Positions 55,452 through 64,000 are shown, counted from the stretch's first letter. The stretch is 64,000 nt of DNA from Clostridiaceae bacterium (GCA_012800435.1 JAAZJH010000072.1:76943-140942), one strand, 5' to 3'. A program made the numbers and translations. Notes: generated by a model not told the origin, from the sequence alone.

Positions 55452-56021
55452 TTACGCTCCCTCTTCCGGAGTATCATCCGACATTCCGTTCTCTTCCGTT
55501 ACATCAGTCTCGTCATCTTGTGATTTCGGGTTTTCATCGTCTTCCGTATCTTCTTCACTTGCAGCCAATATTTTCGCTTCTTCTTCCGCACGTTCGGCCT
55601 GCTCCATGCGTTCGACATGACTAATGAAACGTTCCGCGATCAGCGATGCATCCTCAACGGAAATACCCGCAGATTCAAAAACTGTAGGAGATTGCTCACG
55701 GCTCAGTACACGCGGCGAACGGCTCGCCTCTTCAAGGCGCTCCTCTTCTTCTTTGGCACGCGCTTCGCGTTCCGCCGCTTCACGCGCAGCAATGATAAGA
55801 GGATCTTCGGGAACGATCACGTTGTGTTTGCCGAAGCGGAACACCACTCGGCCGGCATGGATTTCTTCACTTGCGAGCGAGACACGGTTGCGCGTATCGG
55901 AATCGATGACCGGACGAGCGCCGGATGTCAGCTGTCGAGCACGGCGCGATGCCAACATGGCAAGAATATAACGATTGTCAACCCGCTTTAAAAGCTCTTC
56001 TGTTGAGGGATAAATCAGCAT
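55452..56021 (-). CDS. rpoZ: RNA polymerase omega subunit with a long acidic low-complexity C-terminal extension
   Basis: The N-terminal 65 aa or so, [22 protein letters not shown]...[12 protein letters not shown], match RpoZ. The remaining 115 aa or so are Glu/Asp/Ala/Arg-rich. Confidence 0.8.
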   Translation of the reverse strand: MLIYPSTEELLKRVDNRYILAMLASRRARQLTSGARPVIDSDTRNRVSLASEEIHAGRVVFRFGKHNVIVPEDPLIIAAREAAEREARAKEEEERLEEASRSPRVLSREQSPTVFESAGISVEDASLIAERFISHVERMEQAERAEEEAKILAASEEDTEDDENPKSQDDETDVTEENGMSDDTPEEGA

Positions 56022-56082
56022 TTTTTACTCCTGTAAAATAATAAAAATCGTAGCCTACAAAAATATACCACAATCCAATAAA

Positions 56083-56709
56083 CTATACCGTTTTATCGAC
56101 TCCGTCGTCAATATAAAGCCTTGAAGCACGGCGCTTCTCGGCACGGATGATAGCGGAAATATCATCTACGGCATCTTCAAGCACCGCATTTTCGACACAA
56201 TAGTCAAAATCGGCGGCCATACGAAGTTCTCGTTTTGCCGTTTCCAAACGGTGTACCACAACATCTTCCGTTTCTGTACCGCGCGTCGAAAGGCGTGACA
56301 CCAGTTCCTGTAAAGACGGCGGCGTGATGAAAACCAAAATAGCGTCCGGACACTTCTCTCGTATCTGCAGCGCACCGGAGACTGTAAGGTCAAAGAGTAC
56401 GTCTCTTCCGGCATTTACATGTTGAACTGCCGGCTCACGCGGTGTGCCGTAATACGACCCGCAATACTCATCGTATTCCAGAACTTCCCCTTTTTGAATC
56501 AACTGTTCAAAATGTTCACGTGTCGTGAAATGGTAAGAGACGCCATCCACCTCATGAGGTCGCGGCGCCCGCGTTGTCAGCGAAATCGAATGTACTCTGT
56601 TCGGGTCTGCCTCAACAAGGGAGGATATGATCGAATTTTTCCCTGCTCCGGACGGTCCCGATAATACCACCATCAGTCCCTTTCGAGGTTGAATTGCGAA
56701 CGATTCCAT
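56083..56709 (-). CDS. gmk: guanylate kinase
   Basis: GLMVVLSGPSGAGKNSI and YHFTTREHFEQLIQKGEVLEYDEYCGSYYGT. ATG 56709 follows AAGGAGAGGA. Confidence 0.9.
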   Translation of the reverse strand: MESFAIQPRKGLMVVLSGPSGAGKNSIISSLVEADPNRVHSISLTTRAPRPHEVDGVSYHFTTREHFEQLIQKGEVLEYDEYCGSYYGTPREPAVQHVNAGRDVLFDLTVSGALQIREKCPDAILVFITPPSLQELVSRLSTRGTETEDVVVHRLETAKRELRMAADFDYCVENAVLEDAVDDISAIIRAEKRRASRLYIDDGVDKTV

Positions 56710-56719
56710 CTTCCTCTCC

Positions 56720-56992
56720 TTATCCAACATCGCCGTCTTCTGTATAGCTTTCCGCACAATCCGGAACAGCTGTAATCGCGTCAGGCTTCATCGCCGACAA
56801 TATCACGTGATCACTGTCCATCACGATAACGGCTCTGGTCTTTCGCCCGCCGGTCGCGTCGATCAGCGATGCTCTGTCGCGAGCATCTTGTATCATACGC
56901 CTTGCCGGCGCTGAATCGGCGGTAACAACCGCAATGACACGAGCTTTGGCGATATAGTTTCCGTAACCGATTGCGATCATTTCATAATCCAT
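56720..56992 (-). CDS. remA: DUF370 protein (RemA/YlzA family regulator)
   Basis: IAIGYGNYIAKARVIAVV...SAPARRMIQDARDRASLIDATGGRKTRAVIVMDSDHVILS. It sits in the conserved position between yicC and gmk. Confidence 0.8.
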   Translation of the reverse strand: MDYEMIAIGYGNYIAKARVIAVVTADSAPARRMIQDARDRASLIDATGGRKTRAVIVMDSDHVILSAMKPDAITAVPDCAESYTEDGDVG

Positions 56993-57155
56993 ATTTACAT
57001 CCTCTTGCCCTACACCGTCAGTGCTTATAACGTCATAACTTAAAAGCGATCAGAAAGGTAAACTGTGTCATAACATATGCGTTCATGATACTTCGGGAAG
57101 CTTATCCCGTAAATAATTCCGGTATCCATCCACGCATTACACTCACTCATTGAAC

Positions 57156-58043
57156 TTATTCAAGATTTTGCACTTGTTCCCGGATTGCTTCAAGTTGTGT
57201 TTTCATCATGACGACTGTCTTCGCAATGTCAAGGTCATTCGCTTTGGAACCGATCGTGTTGACTTCGCGGTTCATCTCTTGAATTAGGAAATCCAATCTT
57301 CTGCCAACAGGACCTGTCACAGACAAATTTGCTTCAAGCGCCGTTATGTGAGAGCGAAGGCGCGTAACTTCTTCATCAATGGACGAGCGATCAGCAAAAA
57401 GCGCCGTTTCTGCGAAGAGACGCTGATGGTCGTACCATTCAGGATACGATTCTCCTAGAAGTTCTTCTGCACGAACCAGTATTTTTTTTCGATACAGATC
57501 GACTACCTCAGGTGAGCGCTTCGCAACATCATCGACGAGCTTCTTAAACGATGCCGTTCTGGACAGAAGATCACTCGCCAGACGTTCTCCTTCGGCTCGT
57601 CGTGCTGCTTTCAACGCTTCAAGCGCTGAAGCGGCGGCTTCCAACAGCTGCCCTTCAATCGTCTCTCGATCTTCGGCGTGTTCATCTTCTGTAAGTACAC
57701 CGCGCTGTGCAGCCACGAGCGCAACAAGATCATCTGTCTGACGTTCCGTGATGCGCTCCAGTGTTTTAATAGACTCTATGTACCCGAGTGCGAGCGCCGT
57801 ATCCACTGTGATCTCACGAGGAACACTCGCATCTGTTGCTATTGTCACAAAAATATCGACGTGACCGCGTGAAAGCTCGTCTTTGAAAAGTTGACGAATT
57901 TCCATTTCAAAAGAGGAAAGTGAAGAAGGCAATCTCAAGGACAAATCTAAATAGCGGTGGTTAACGGATCGACACTCGACCGTCACTGTTCGACCGTTTC
58001 GTTCGGATACACCTAAGCCGTATCCGGTCATACTGTTAGGCAT
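57156..58043 (-). CDS. yicC: YicC/YloC-family protein (stress-induced, putative endoribonuclease)
   Basis: MTGYG...SVNHRYLDL at the N-terminus and EMNREVNTIGSKAND...KTQLEAIREQVQNLE at the C-terminus. ATG 58043 follows AGGAGA. Confidence 0.85.
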   Translation of the reverse strand: MPNSMTGYGLGVSERNGRTVTVECRSVNHRYLDLSLRLPSSLSSFEMEIRQLFKDELSRGHVDIFVTIATDASVPREITVDTALALGYIESIKTLERITERQTDDLVALVAAQRGVLTEDEHAEDRETIEGQLLEAAASALEALKAARRAEGERLASDLLSRTASFKKLVDDVAKRSPEVVDLYRKKILVRAEELLGESYPEWYDHQRLFAETALFADRSSIDEEVTRLRSHITALEANLSVTGPVGRRLDFLIQEMNREVNTIGSKANDLDIAKTVVMMKTQLEAIREQVQNLE

Positions 58044-58159
58044 GATATTTCTCCTATGCAAAAGAATCGATTTCTATCGTATTTTTATCCCGTGTCAGGT
58101 CACTCTGTCACGCGAATAATGCTTCTCTTCATTATATGCCGCAAGACGACACCTGTTCA

Positions 58160-58906
58160 TCATAAACTCTCTTGGAAAACACCGTCTTCACCGATAAGAA
58201 GAGGCTGAAATTCAAGATGGTCTGCAGACGTTAACACATAACGGACACCGTCGACAACGGGAGAAGTACTGTAAAAGGGCACGTCATGGTGTATATGACC
58301 AAAAAAGCAGCGCTGTATTCCTGCAGGAGCAAGCAATGAGGAAAGCGCCGATGTCTGCCCTTTCTCAGAAATGGGCGGATAATGCATTACGGCGATTCCC
58401 GGCTGTACCGAACCTCTTTGATGACGAAGCGTAGCTAAATCACTAAGAGAGAGGTTCATCCGAATCACTTCGCGATCAAAAACGCGTTGATCTTCCGGCT
58501 TAAAAGCATCATCCGAAGGCAAAACCCAACCGCGTGTGCCGCAAAGATCAAATCCGGCAACCTCCATTGCATTGTGACGGAGAAAAAGAATCGAATTCAG
58601 ACCTTGTTCCAATACGACTCGTTTCATCTTCTTGAGCGTTGACCACCAATAGTCATGATTGCCTCGAAGAATAATTTTTTTTCTTCCCGGCAGTTCATCA
58701 ATCCAACGTAAATCGGGAAGCGCGTCATCAAACGAAATGGCCCACGACACATCGCCGCCGATCACAACAGCATCCTCGTCACTCACTATCGCCGACCATG
58801 CGCCCTTTATACGATCAGTGTGATTCTTCCATCGTTCACCGAAAATATCCATCGGCTTATCGAAAGCAAACGAAAGATGCAGATCGGAAATCATGAAAAG
58901 TTTCAT
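58160..58906 (-). CDS. metallophosphoesterase-family protein
   Basis: MISDLHLSF, GGDVSWA, GNHDYWW and GHIHH motifs. Confidence 0.75.
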   Translation of the reverse strand: MKLFMISDLHLSFAFDKPMDIFGERWKNHTDRIKGAWSAIVSDEDAVVIGGDVSWAISFDDALPDLRWIDELPGRKKIILRGNHDYWWSTLKKMKRVVLEQGLNSILFLRHNAMEVAGFDLCGTRGWVLPSDDAFKPEDQRVFDREVIRMNLSLSDLATLRHQRGSVQPGIAVMHYPPISEKGQTSALSSLLAPAGIQRCFFGHIHHDVPFYSTSPVVDGVRYVLTSADHLEFQPLLIGEDGVFQESL

Positions 58907-58937
58907 ACCAAGTCTTCGCTTCCTTTCTCTGATAGAA

Positions 58938-59025
58938 CATCATCCACGTTCGCATCGGGATGAATTGGGCTGCACGCAAATCTGACCAGCGTAACCGGCA
59001 TCATCCACGTTCGCATCGGGATGAA
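58938..59025. repeat. 27-bp perfect direct repeat (catcatccacgttcgcatcgggatgaa) with a 61-bp period at the uvrC 3' end
   Basis: Copies at 58938-58964 and 58999-59025, read base by base. The 34-bp segment between them is unique. Confidence 0.9.
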
Positions 59026-60904
59026 AATAGCGGAAAACCGATTCCGCTACATCTTCCGGCAACCCCTTGACTTCTTTTAACTGTTCGAGTGACGCCTCCT
59101 CAACCTTTTTGCTTGTGCCGAAGGCCTCAAGCAGCAGACGGCGTCGCGCAGGTCCTACCCCCTTGATATTCTCAAGCGCGTACCGCATCACGCGTTGACG
59201 ACGCTCTTTCTTGTTTAATCGCTGTGCGAAGCGATGCGCTTCGTCCTGAATCGAAGTCAAAAGATGGAGGAGACCCTGCCGCATCGCACGTTCTTCTTCC
59301 GGCCGAGCTCGCGCGTCAGCAATAGATTCGGGATTAGATAGTTCAACAATCTCTCCCGTTGGTATGACAAGACCTCGTGTGCGGTGACGCCGGTCTTTGA
59401 CCATGCCCGCTACAGGTATACCGATTCGTTCCAATATCGGCAGCACCGTCGACACATGACCCTTCCCTCCGTCGACCAGAATCAGATCCGGTCGATCTCC
59501 GAACGATACGTCTTCAAGCCGGTCAACACGCCGCATTATTACTTCCGCCATCGCGCGGTAATCATCGATTCCCTCAAAAGCCTTTATTTTAAAATGGCGA
59601 TACGATGCGCGTTCAGGTTTTCCATTTCGAAATACGATCATTGACGCCGACCGAATATCTTTGCCCCAGTTAGAAATATCAAAAGCTTCGATCCTCTCCG
59701 GCGCTCTTTCCAAATGACAAAGATCGGCCAATGTCATCAGTGTTTCTCGAATTGAACGCATATCCGCTCCACGTGCAAGTGACCGTCTTTCTAAAGCTTT
59801 CTCGGCATTATGCCGCGCCATATCGATCAGAGCTTTTTTATCGCCGCGCTGTGGGAAGCGGATATGCACAGCCCGCCCTCGTTTCTTTCGAAGCCATTGC
59901 GTCAACACGTCTTGATCATCCAGTGGCGAGGCGACAAGAATTTCTGCAGGAACAGAGGCGGATCGATACTGTTCCCTGATCATCGCAGAAAGATAGGCGC
60001 CGTCCTTTTCATCCGTGTCTTCAGCAAAAGCGCGTGAGAAACCGGTCATACGTCCATCACGAATATCAAGCCGTACCATCGCGACTTCCCGACCATTACG
60101 AGCAACGGCTAACACATCGCGGTCACCGCCAGAAGGATCGACAACGCGTTGTGTCTCACGAAGCGCTTTAAGAGACATCCATTTTCGTTTCAGACGATCC
60201 GCTTCCTCGAAATCGAGTCGATCGGCCGCCGCGCGCATGTCAGAGTAGACCTGCTTCGTGATGTCGTCGGTCTTCCCCTCCAAAAAAAGGCAGACCTGTT
60301 CCGCCAACACGCGGTAGTCCGCTTTTGAAATACGATCATCACACGGAGCGAGACAGCGCCCGATATCCATGTTAAGGCAAGGACGTCGTTTTCCGATATC
60401 GTCAGGCAAATCGCGACGGCATCTCCTCATTGGAAAGAGCTCGCTCAATGTTCTCAAGGCGCGGTTAACGTCACCGGCAAGCCAAGGTCCGAAATATCGC
60501 GCGCCTTCGTCAGCATCCGGGCCAAGACGGAACGCTTTAGTAACACGAGGATATGGTTCTTGCATCGTTACACGGATATAGGGATATTCCTTATCATCGC
60601 GCATCAGGATATTATATTTCGGCTGGTGTTTCTTTATGAGATTGGATTCGAGAATAAGCGCTTCGACCTCGTTCTCACAGAGAATCGTTTCAAAGGAAGC
60701 AATCTTGGAGATCATCGCCTGAATCCGCGGCGTTACGGACGGATTCGGCGTGAAATAAGAGCGTAAACGCTGACGAAGTGAGTTTGCTTTACCTACATAA
60801 ATAATAGAACCCGACGAATCACGCATCAGGTAGACGCCGGGTTCTTCTGGAACTAATTCAAGATGCACCTCGAAGGTGCTTGATTTGCTTTTATCTCCTG
60901 TCAT
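58940..60904 (-). CDS. uvrC: excinuclease ABC subunit C
   Basis: GIY-YIG (GVYLMRDSSGSIIYVGKANSLRQRLRSYF), UVR domain, endonuclease domain, and C-terminal HhH (IKGVGPARRRLLLEAFG). It ends in an atypical tail created by the repeat above. Confidence 0.92.
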   Translation of the reverse strand: MTGDKSKSSTFEVHLELVPEEPGVYLMRDSSGSIIYVGKANSLRQRLRSYFTPNPSVTPRIQAMISKIASFETILCENEVEALILESNLIKKHQPKYNILMRDDKEYPYIRVTMQEPYPRVTKAFRLGPDADEGARYFGPWLAGDVNRALRTLSELFPMRRCRRDLPDDIGKRRPCLNMDIGRCLAPCDDRISKADYRVLAEQVCLFLEGKTDDITKQVYSDMRAAADRLDFEEADRLKRKWMSLKALRETQRVVDPSGGDRDVLAVARNGREVAMVRLDIRDGRMTGFSRAFAEDTDEKDGAYLSAMIREQYRSASVPAEILVASPLDDQDVLTQWLRKKRGRAVHIRFPQRGDKKALIDMARHNAEKALERRSLARGADMRSIRETLMTLADLCHLERAPERIEAFDISNWGKDIRSASMIVFRNGKPERASYRHFKIKAFEGIDDYRAMAEVIMRRVDRLEDVSFGDRPDLILVDGGKGHVSTVLPILERIGIPVAGMVKDRRHRTRGLVIPTGEIVELSNPESIADARARPEEERAMRQGLLHLLTSIQDEAHRFAQRLNKKERRQRVMRYALENIKGVGPARRRLLLEAFGTSKKVEEASLEQLKEVKGLPEDVAESVFRYFHPDANVDDAGYAGQICVQPNSSRCERG

Positions 60905-60955
60905 TAGGGAATCATCACCCTCCTGACATTTCGAATTGCGTGTGGTCGCGCAAAG

Positions 60956-61216
60956 TTACCGCTTCACATCACTGATGTATGCTTTGAGTTTCTCGACAGC
61001 CTCTTTTTCGTCTTGGCCGTCCGCCAAAATGTCGATTTCATCTCCATTATTGATGCCGAGAGATAATACACCGAGAAGACTCTTAGCATTTGCTCGACGG
61101 CCATCTTTTTCGATATAAATACTGCATGCGAAATCGGATGAAATCTGAATCAACATGGCGATGGATTTCATCGATTGATCTTCGCCACCATGAAAAACGA
61201 CAGTTTCTTTCGTCAT
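60956..61216 (-). CDS. HPr-family protein lacking the His15 phosphorylation motif but retaining the Ser46 context (Crh-like)
   Basis: IEKDGRRANAKSLLGVLSLGINNGDEIDILADGQDEKEAVEKLKAYI aligns with the HPr/Crh core. The position of GxHARPA reads GEDQSMKSIA. ATG 61216 follows AAGGAGG. Confidence 0.8.
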   Translation of the reverse strand: MTKETVVFHGGEDQSMKSIAMLIQISSDFACSIYIEKDGRRANAKSLLGVLSLGINNGDEIDILADGQDEKEAVEKLKAYISDVKR

Positions 61217-61266
61217 TCTTCCTGCCTCCTTAATTCTCAAGATGAATGGATCACAAATGTATAGTA

Positions 61267-61296
61267 AGTATAAAGACGATCTCTGTAGCTTGTCAA
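61267..61296 (-). promoter_or_regulatory. candidate sigma-A promoter for the HPr-like gene (TTGACA-18-TATACT)
   Basis: On the minus strand, -35 TTGACA at 61291-61296, an 18-nt spacer, and -10 TATACT at 61267-61272. Confidence 0.5.
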
Positions 61297-61384
61297 TTTT
61301 ACATTTAACCAGCTTCCCTCACATGATGGTAAGAGAATTTAGTCTTTTCGACCGCATTTTAGAGAAATAACCGCTGACTCGGTT

Positions 61385-61894
61385 CTATATTTGTATTTCA
61401 AAATAGACCTGTGAATATTTCGGATTACGAAGTTCGGCAGGTATTTCCTTTTCGATCATTCCGATTCGCCTATATAATGCCAATGCCTTTTTATTCTCCG
61501 GATTGGGGTCAACCCATGCGCAAACGGCTCCATTCAAGAACGCCTGATCTATGGCAAATTTAAGCGCGCAAGTTGCAATTCCTCGTCCTCGTGCAGAGTT
61601 TTTCAGCTTAATATCTATGGCTGCCCTCTTTGTCTCAGGGTCGATATTATAAAAAGTTTCTCCGCAGTAAATGCCGCTTTCGTAAATTGAATAATGATTG
61701 ATTCCGGGTCTTCCCTCTTCAATCCATGCGAGCCAATCTAGCATTTTTTCATCTGTTTGCTTCAAACCTTCCGGGAAGCCCACAAACTTCATCACCTCGC
61801 CGTCAGACCAAAGCGTTTTAACCTCATCTAAATCGGAAAAAGTTGTTTCCCTTATTTCTATTTTTCCTGTAGTTGAGGCTTTACTTTTGTTCAT
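61385..61894 (-). CDS. GNAT-family N-acetyltransferase
   Basis: ARGRGIATCALKFAIDQAF (acetyl-CoA binding R/Q-x-x-G-x-G/A motif). Length 169 aa. Confidence 0.8.
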   Translation of the reverse strand: MNKSKASTTGKIEIRETTFSDLDEVKTLWSDGEVMKFVGFPEGLKQTDEKMLDWLAWIEEGRPGINHYSIYESGIYCGETFYNIDPETKRAAIDIKLKNSARGRGIATCALKFAIDQAFLNGAVCAWVDPNPENKKALALYRRIGMIEKEIPAELRNPKYSQVYFEIQI

Positions 61895-61935
61895 CTGAAA
61901 TCCTCCATGCTTATCTCTCTATGGAAGTTTTATGT

Positions 61936-62286
61936 TTACTTTAGCGCCCGCGCCCAGTCTGCTTCCTTGAAGCCGACGAGCACGAAGTCATCACCGATAA
62001 GAATCGGACGCTTCACAAGCATTCCGTCTGTCGCAAGCAGGGCATACATTTCATCTTCTGTCATATTCGGAAGCTTGTCTTTCAGCTGGTGCTTTCTGTA
62101 CAAAAGTCCACTTGTGTTGAAAAATCTCCGAAGAGGAAGACCGCTCCGCTCATGCCAACGGCGCAGTTCCTCTTCCGTAGGATGATCGTCTTTTATATGC
62201 CTCTCTTCATAGGCGACACTATTTGACTCCAGCCATGTCCTAGCTTTCTGACATGTCGTGCATTTCGGGTAGCAAAGAAAAATCAT
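61936..62286 (-). CDS. ArsC/Spx-superfamily protein (YffB-like arsenate-reductase family)
   Basis: MIFLCYPKCTTCQKARTWLESNSVAYEERHI...LVKRPILI. Length 116 aa. Confidence 0.8.
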   Translation of the reverse strand: MIFLCYPKCTTCQKARTWLESNSVAYEERHIKDDHPTEEELRRWHERSGLPLRRFFNTSGLLYRKHQLKDKLPNMTEDEMYALLATDGMLVKRPILIGDDFVLVGFKEADWARALK

Positions 62287-62392
62287 ACAATGACCTCCGT
62301 TCTTTTTGACGCTTTAATTTTACACGTTTGACGATAAGTCCGGCAAAAGGAAGAGTTTTAAAAAAACGGTGCTAAGACATTTACTAAGACGC

Positions 62393-63538
62393 CTAGCTTT
62401 CATTAAGTTTTTTCAGATTAGAGATGGTTCGCTCAGCAAGAGGAATCAGGATCTCTTTATCGCCATTTTCATTGATCGAAAGAGCGATCATAAAGGGACC
62501 ATACGTATCGTCGTTCACAAGAACACAAAGTTCCGGGTAGCTTCTGTAACTTGATATCATCCAGTAAGCATCATCACCGAGATTAGGAACATCTTCAACA
62601 AAACTCTTCGATCCTCTGCCCTGATCAAAGACAAGCTGGGAACCCGAGACAAAAAGCTGATCATAAGTCAACTCATCCTTGGCATAGTACAAATCGAATC
62701 GAAGTTCCACAGCTTTCGATGAGCCTGGACTTCCCTCAGGATCGGCATGAAGGAAATAATCTATTTGAGACATCCTGTCATCTACAAACGGTTCGAGTTC
62801 TCCCACATTATAAAGGCCTGTAATCTCCTCGATCTCTTCTACACTGAGATAGTTTTCAGGAGAAAGCCGTGGTGCAGCCTGGAATATTATTTTGAAACCA
62901 GCTTCTAGGACTTTGACTTCTTTAGCCGTGCCGCTATCTCGTTTCAACTCAAAAATCATATTCAAAGAAGGTGTTGCTCCGTCAAACATTTGGTTGATAA
63001 CAAATCGGATTTCTTTCCAGTCTTCCGGGATCACCATCCCCGTGTAGACTTGCTCACTTATTCCTTTATTGATGGTTGTGTCTAAGGTAGGCATGTCTTT
63101 GCCGCTGTATGAATAGAGCGCGTCCATGCTGCGTTTATATTCTTCACCATCCACTGTAGCAACACAGGAAGACTGTGAGGCAAAGCTAATGTTCTGATCA
63201 TCCTCTCTTTCATTTTTCAAGGTCAGGATAGGATACATGAAGATAAAACCTTGCGGAGGAGGACTAAAGAGTCCAGGATCATCGTCAAAGAGCACATAGT
63301 CGAAGGCGATGCGAGTCCCGTAGCGCTCCAGCTCCTGATTCAAAGGGATTTTACCTTTTCTTCCGTCAAAGATGACCCCTTCTGCCGAGCTGGGAGGCTT
63401 CTTCCCGGTGTCATCTGTCTGTACAGTTTTTTTCATGATTTGATCTGATTTTTCCGGACGTTCGTTAGCTTCTTCCTTGGCACCGCATGAGGTGAGTAGG
63501 AGGACGAGGATAAGTAGAATCGCAAATAGCTTTTTCAT
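62393..63538 (-). CDS. lipoprotein of unknown function
   Basis: MKKLFAILLILVLLLTSCG has a signal peptide plus an L-T-S-C lipobox. ATG 63538 follows AAGGAGG; the track start 63559 is a TTG. Confidence 0.7.
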   Translation of the reverse strand: MKKLFAILLILVLLLTSCGAKEEANERPEKSDQIMKKTVQTDDTGKKPPSSAEGVIFDGRKGKIPLNQELERYGTRIAFDYVLFDDDPGLFSPPPQGFIFMYPILTLKNEREDDQNISFASQSSCVATVDGEEYKRSMDALYSYSGKDMPTLDTTINKGISEQVYTGMVIPEDWKEIRFVINQMFDGATPSLNMIFELKRDSGTAKEVKVLEAGFKIIFQAAPRLSPENYLSVEEIEEITGLYNVGELEPFVDDRMSQIDYFLHADPEGSPGSSKAVELRFDLYYAKDELTYDQLFVSGSQLVFDQGRGSKSFVEDVPNLGDDAYWMISSYRSYPELCVLVNDDTYGPFMIALSINENGDKEILIPLAERTISNLKKLNES

Positions 63539-63549
63539 GGAGCACCTCC

Positions 63550-63571
63550 TTGTTGTCAAGTTGTTGTCAAG
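63550..63571. repeat. tandem 11-bp duplication (ttgttgtcaag x2) immediately upstream of the lipoprotein RBS
   Basis: Copies at 63550-63560 and 63561-63571. On the minus strand this reads CTTGACAACAA CTTGACAACAA GGAGG. Confidence 0.8.
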
Positions 63572-63601
63572 TTAACGTACTTTAGATTTACACTTGTGAA
63601 G

Positions 63602-63668
63602 AAAAAAGGTTCCCTCCCTTCTTGGCAAAATGGATTTTTAAAAATACCAACCAAGGTGAAAAGGAACC
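63602..63668 (-). terminator. candidate terminator/long imperfect hairpin between rimI and the lipoprotein gene
   Basis: On the minus strand, GGTTCC...CCTTGG, an AT-rich loop of about 25 nt, then CCAAG...GGGAACC, followed by TTTTTT (the plus-strand A-run at 63602-63607). Confidence 0.45.
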
Positions 63669-63789
63669 ATATCTAAAGAAATTATACAACGAATTGAGAA
63701 TGTAATAAAGATAGAGTTGAATGAAATTGAGCATTTAACAATCGCTGATTGTAAGGTCAATGATTTTAGCTTTTGGTAATCTTACAGGC

Positions 63790-64000
63790 TCAGAGATTTT
63801 CTTTTGTTTTTGTTAAGAGAAAAGGCGGTGTTGCCGTCATCAATACGGCATCTTCACCGGTATCGGCATAATACGAGCGTCGCCTTCCGACAATCTTGAA
63901 GCCGAATGATTCATAAAGACGCCGCGCCTCACGATTTCCGTCACCGACTTCAAGTATGATCGAGATTGCCTCTACAGTTGCACCGCGATGCATGACCTCA
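63790..64000 (-). CDS. rimI: ribosomal-protein-alanine N-acetyltransferase-like GNAT, C-terminal part; 5' end lies beyond the window
   Basis: ILEVGDGNREARRLYESFGFKIVGRRRSYYADTGEDAVLM matches the RimI C-terminus. The frame stays open to the window edge. Confidence 0.7.
   Translation of the reverse strand, partial: EVMHRGATVEAISIILEVGDGNREARRLYESFGFKIVGRRRSYYADTGEDAVLMTATPPFLLTKTKENL

Noticed and set aside
1-64000. Search for CRISPR arrays, transposases or integrases, prophage genes, toxin-antitoxin pairs, tRNA or rRNA genes, and known defence-system signatures.
   Set aside because: No ORF has recombinase, transposase, nuclease-helicase or Cas-like motifs. There are no regularly spaced repeats beyond the small ones reported, and no intergenic region is long enough, or tRNA-like enough, for an RNA gene by eye. 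A tRNAscan or Rfam run would be the definitive check.

Overview
This 64-kb chromosomal segment looks like a Clostridia-class Firmicute. That is my inference from gene content, AGGAGG-type ribosome-binding sites and the yicC-remA-gmk-rpoZ synteny; no search was run. I call about 50 protein genes, roughly 85 percent on the minus strand and densely packed. I found no rRNA, tRNA, CRISPR array, transposase or integrase. Most of the window is housekeeping or central carbon metabolism: PFOR (truncated at the window start), gpmI, a fused pgk-tpiA, ppdK, ileS, glyQS, relA, recJ, rnj, uvrC, rpsU, gmk and rpoZ. The main accessory block runs from about 11.1 to 25.2 kb. It is a near-complete methylaspartate-pathway glutamate fermentation island: split class-I fumarase-type hydratase (mesaconase candidate), an embedded GntR regulator, glmS-glmL-glmE, methylaspartate ammonia-lyase, citD-citE-citF-like lyase genes (probably citramalate lyase), and a fused citXG. 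The citXG gene is translationally coupled to an uncharacterised 324-aa P-loop protein. No CitC-type ligase is present, so this P-loop protein is my best candidate for something undescribed. Other items worth a second look:
- an HPr paralogue lacking the His15 site (Crh-like)
- an orphan IspF-like protein with a zinc-ligand substitution
- a 27-bp perfect direct repeat that reframes the uvrC 3' end
- RpoZ with a roughly 115-aa acidic tail
- a small stand-alone P-loop ATPase
- a TetR / MMPL / heptad-repeat protein module

All functional calls rest on my reading of the translated ORFs against remembered family motifs. No database search or computation was possible.
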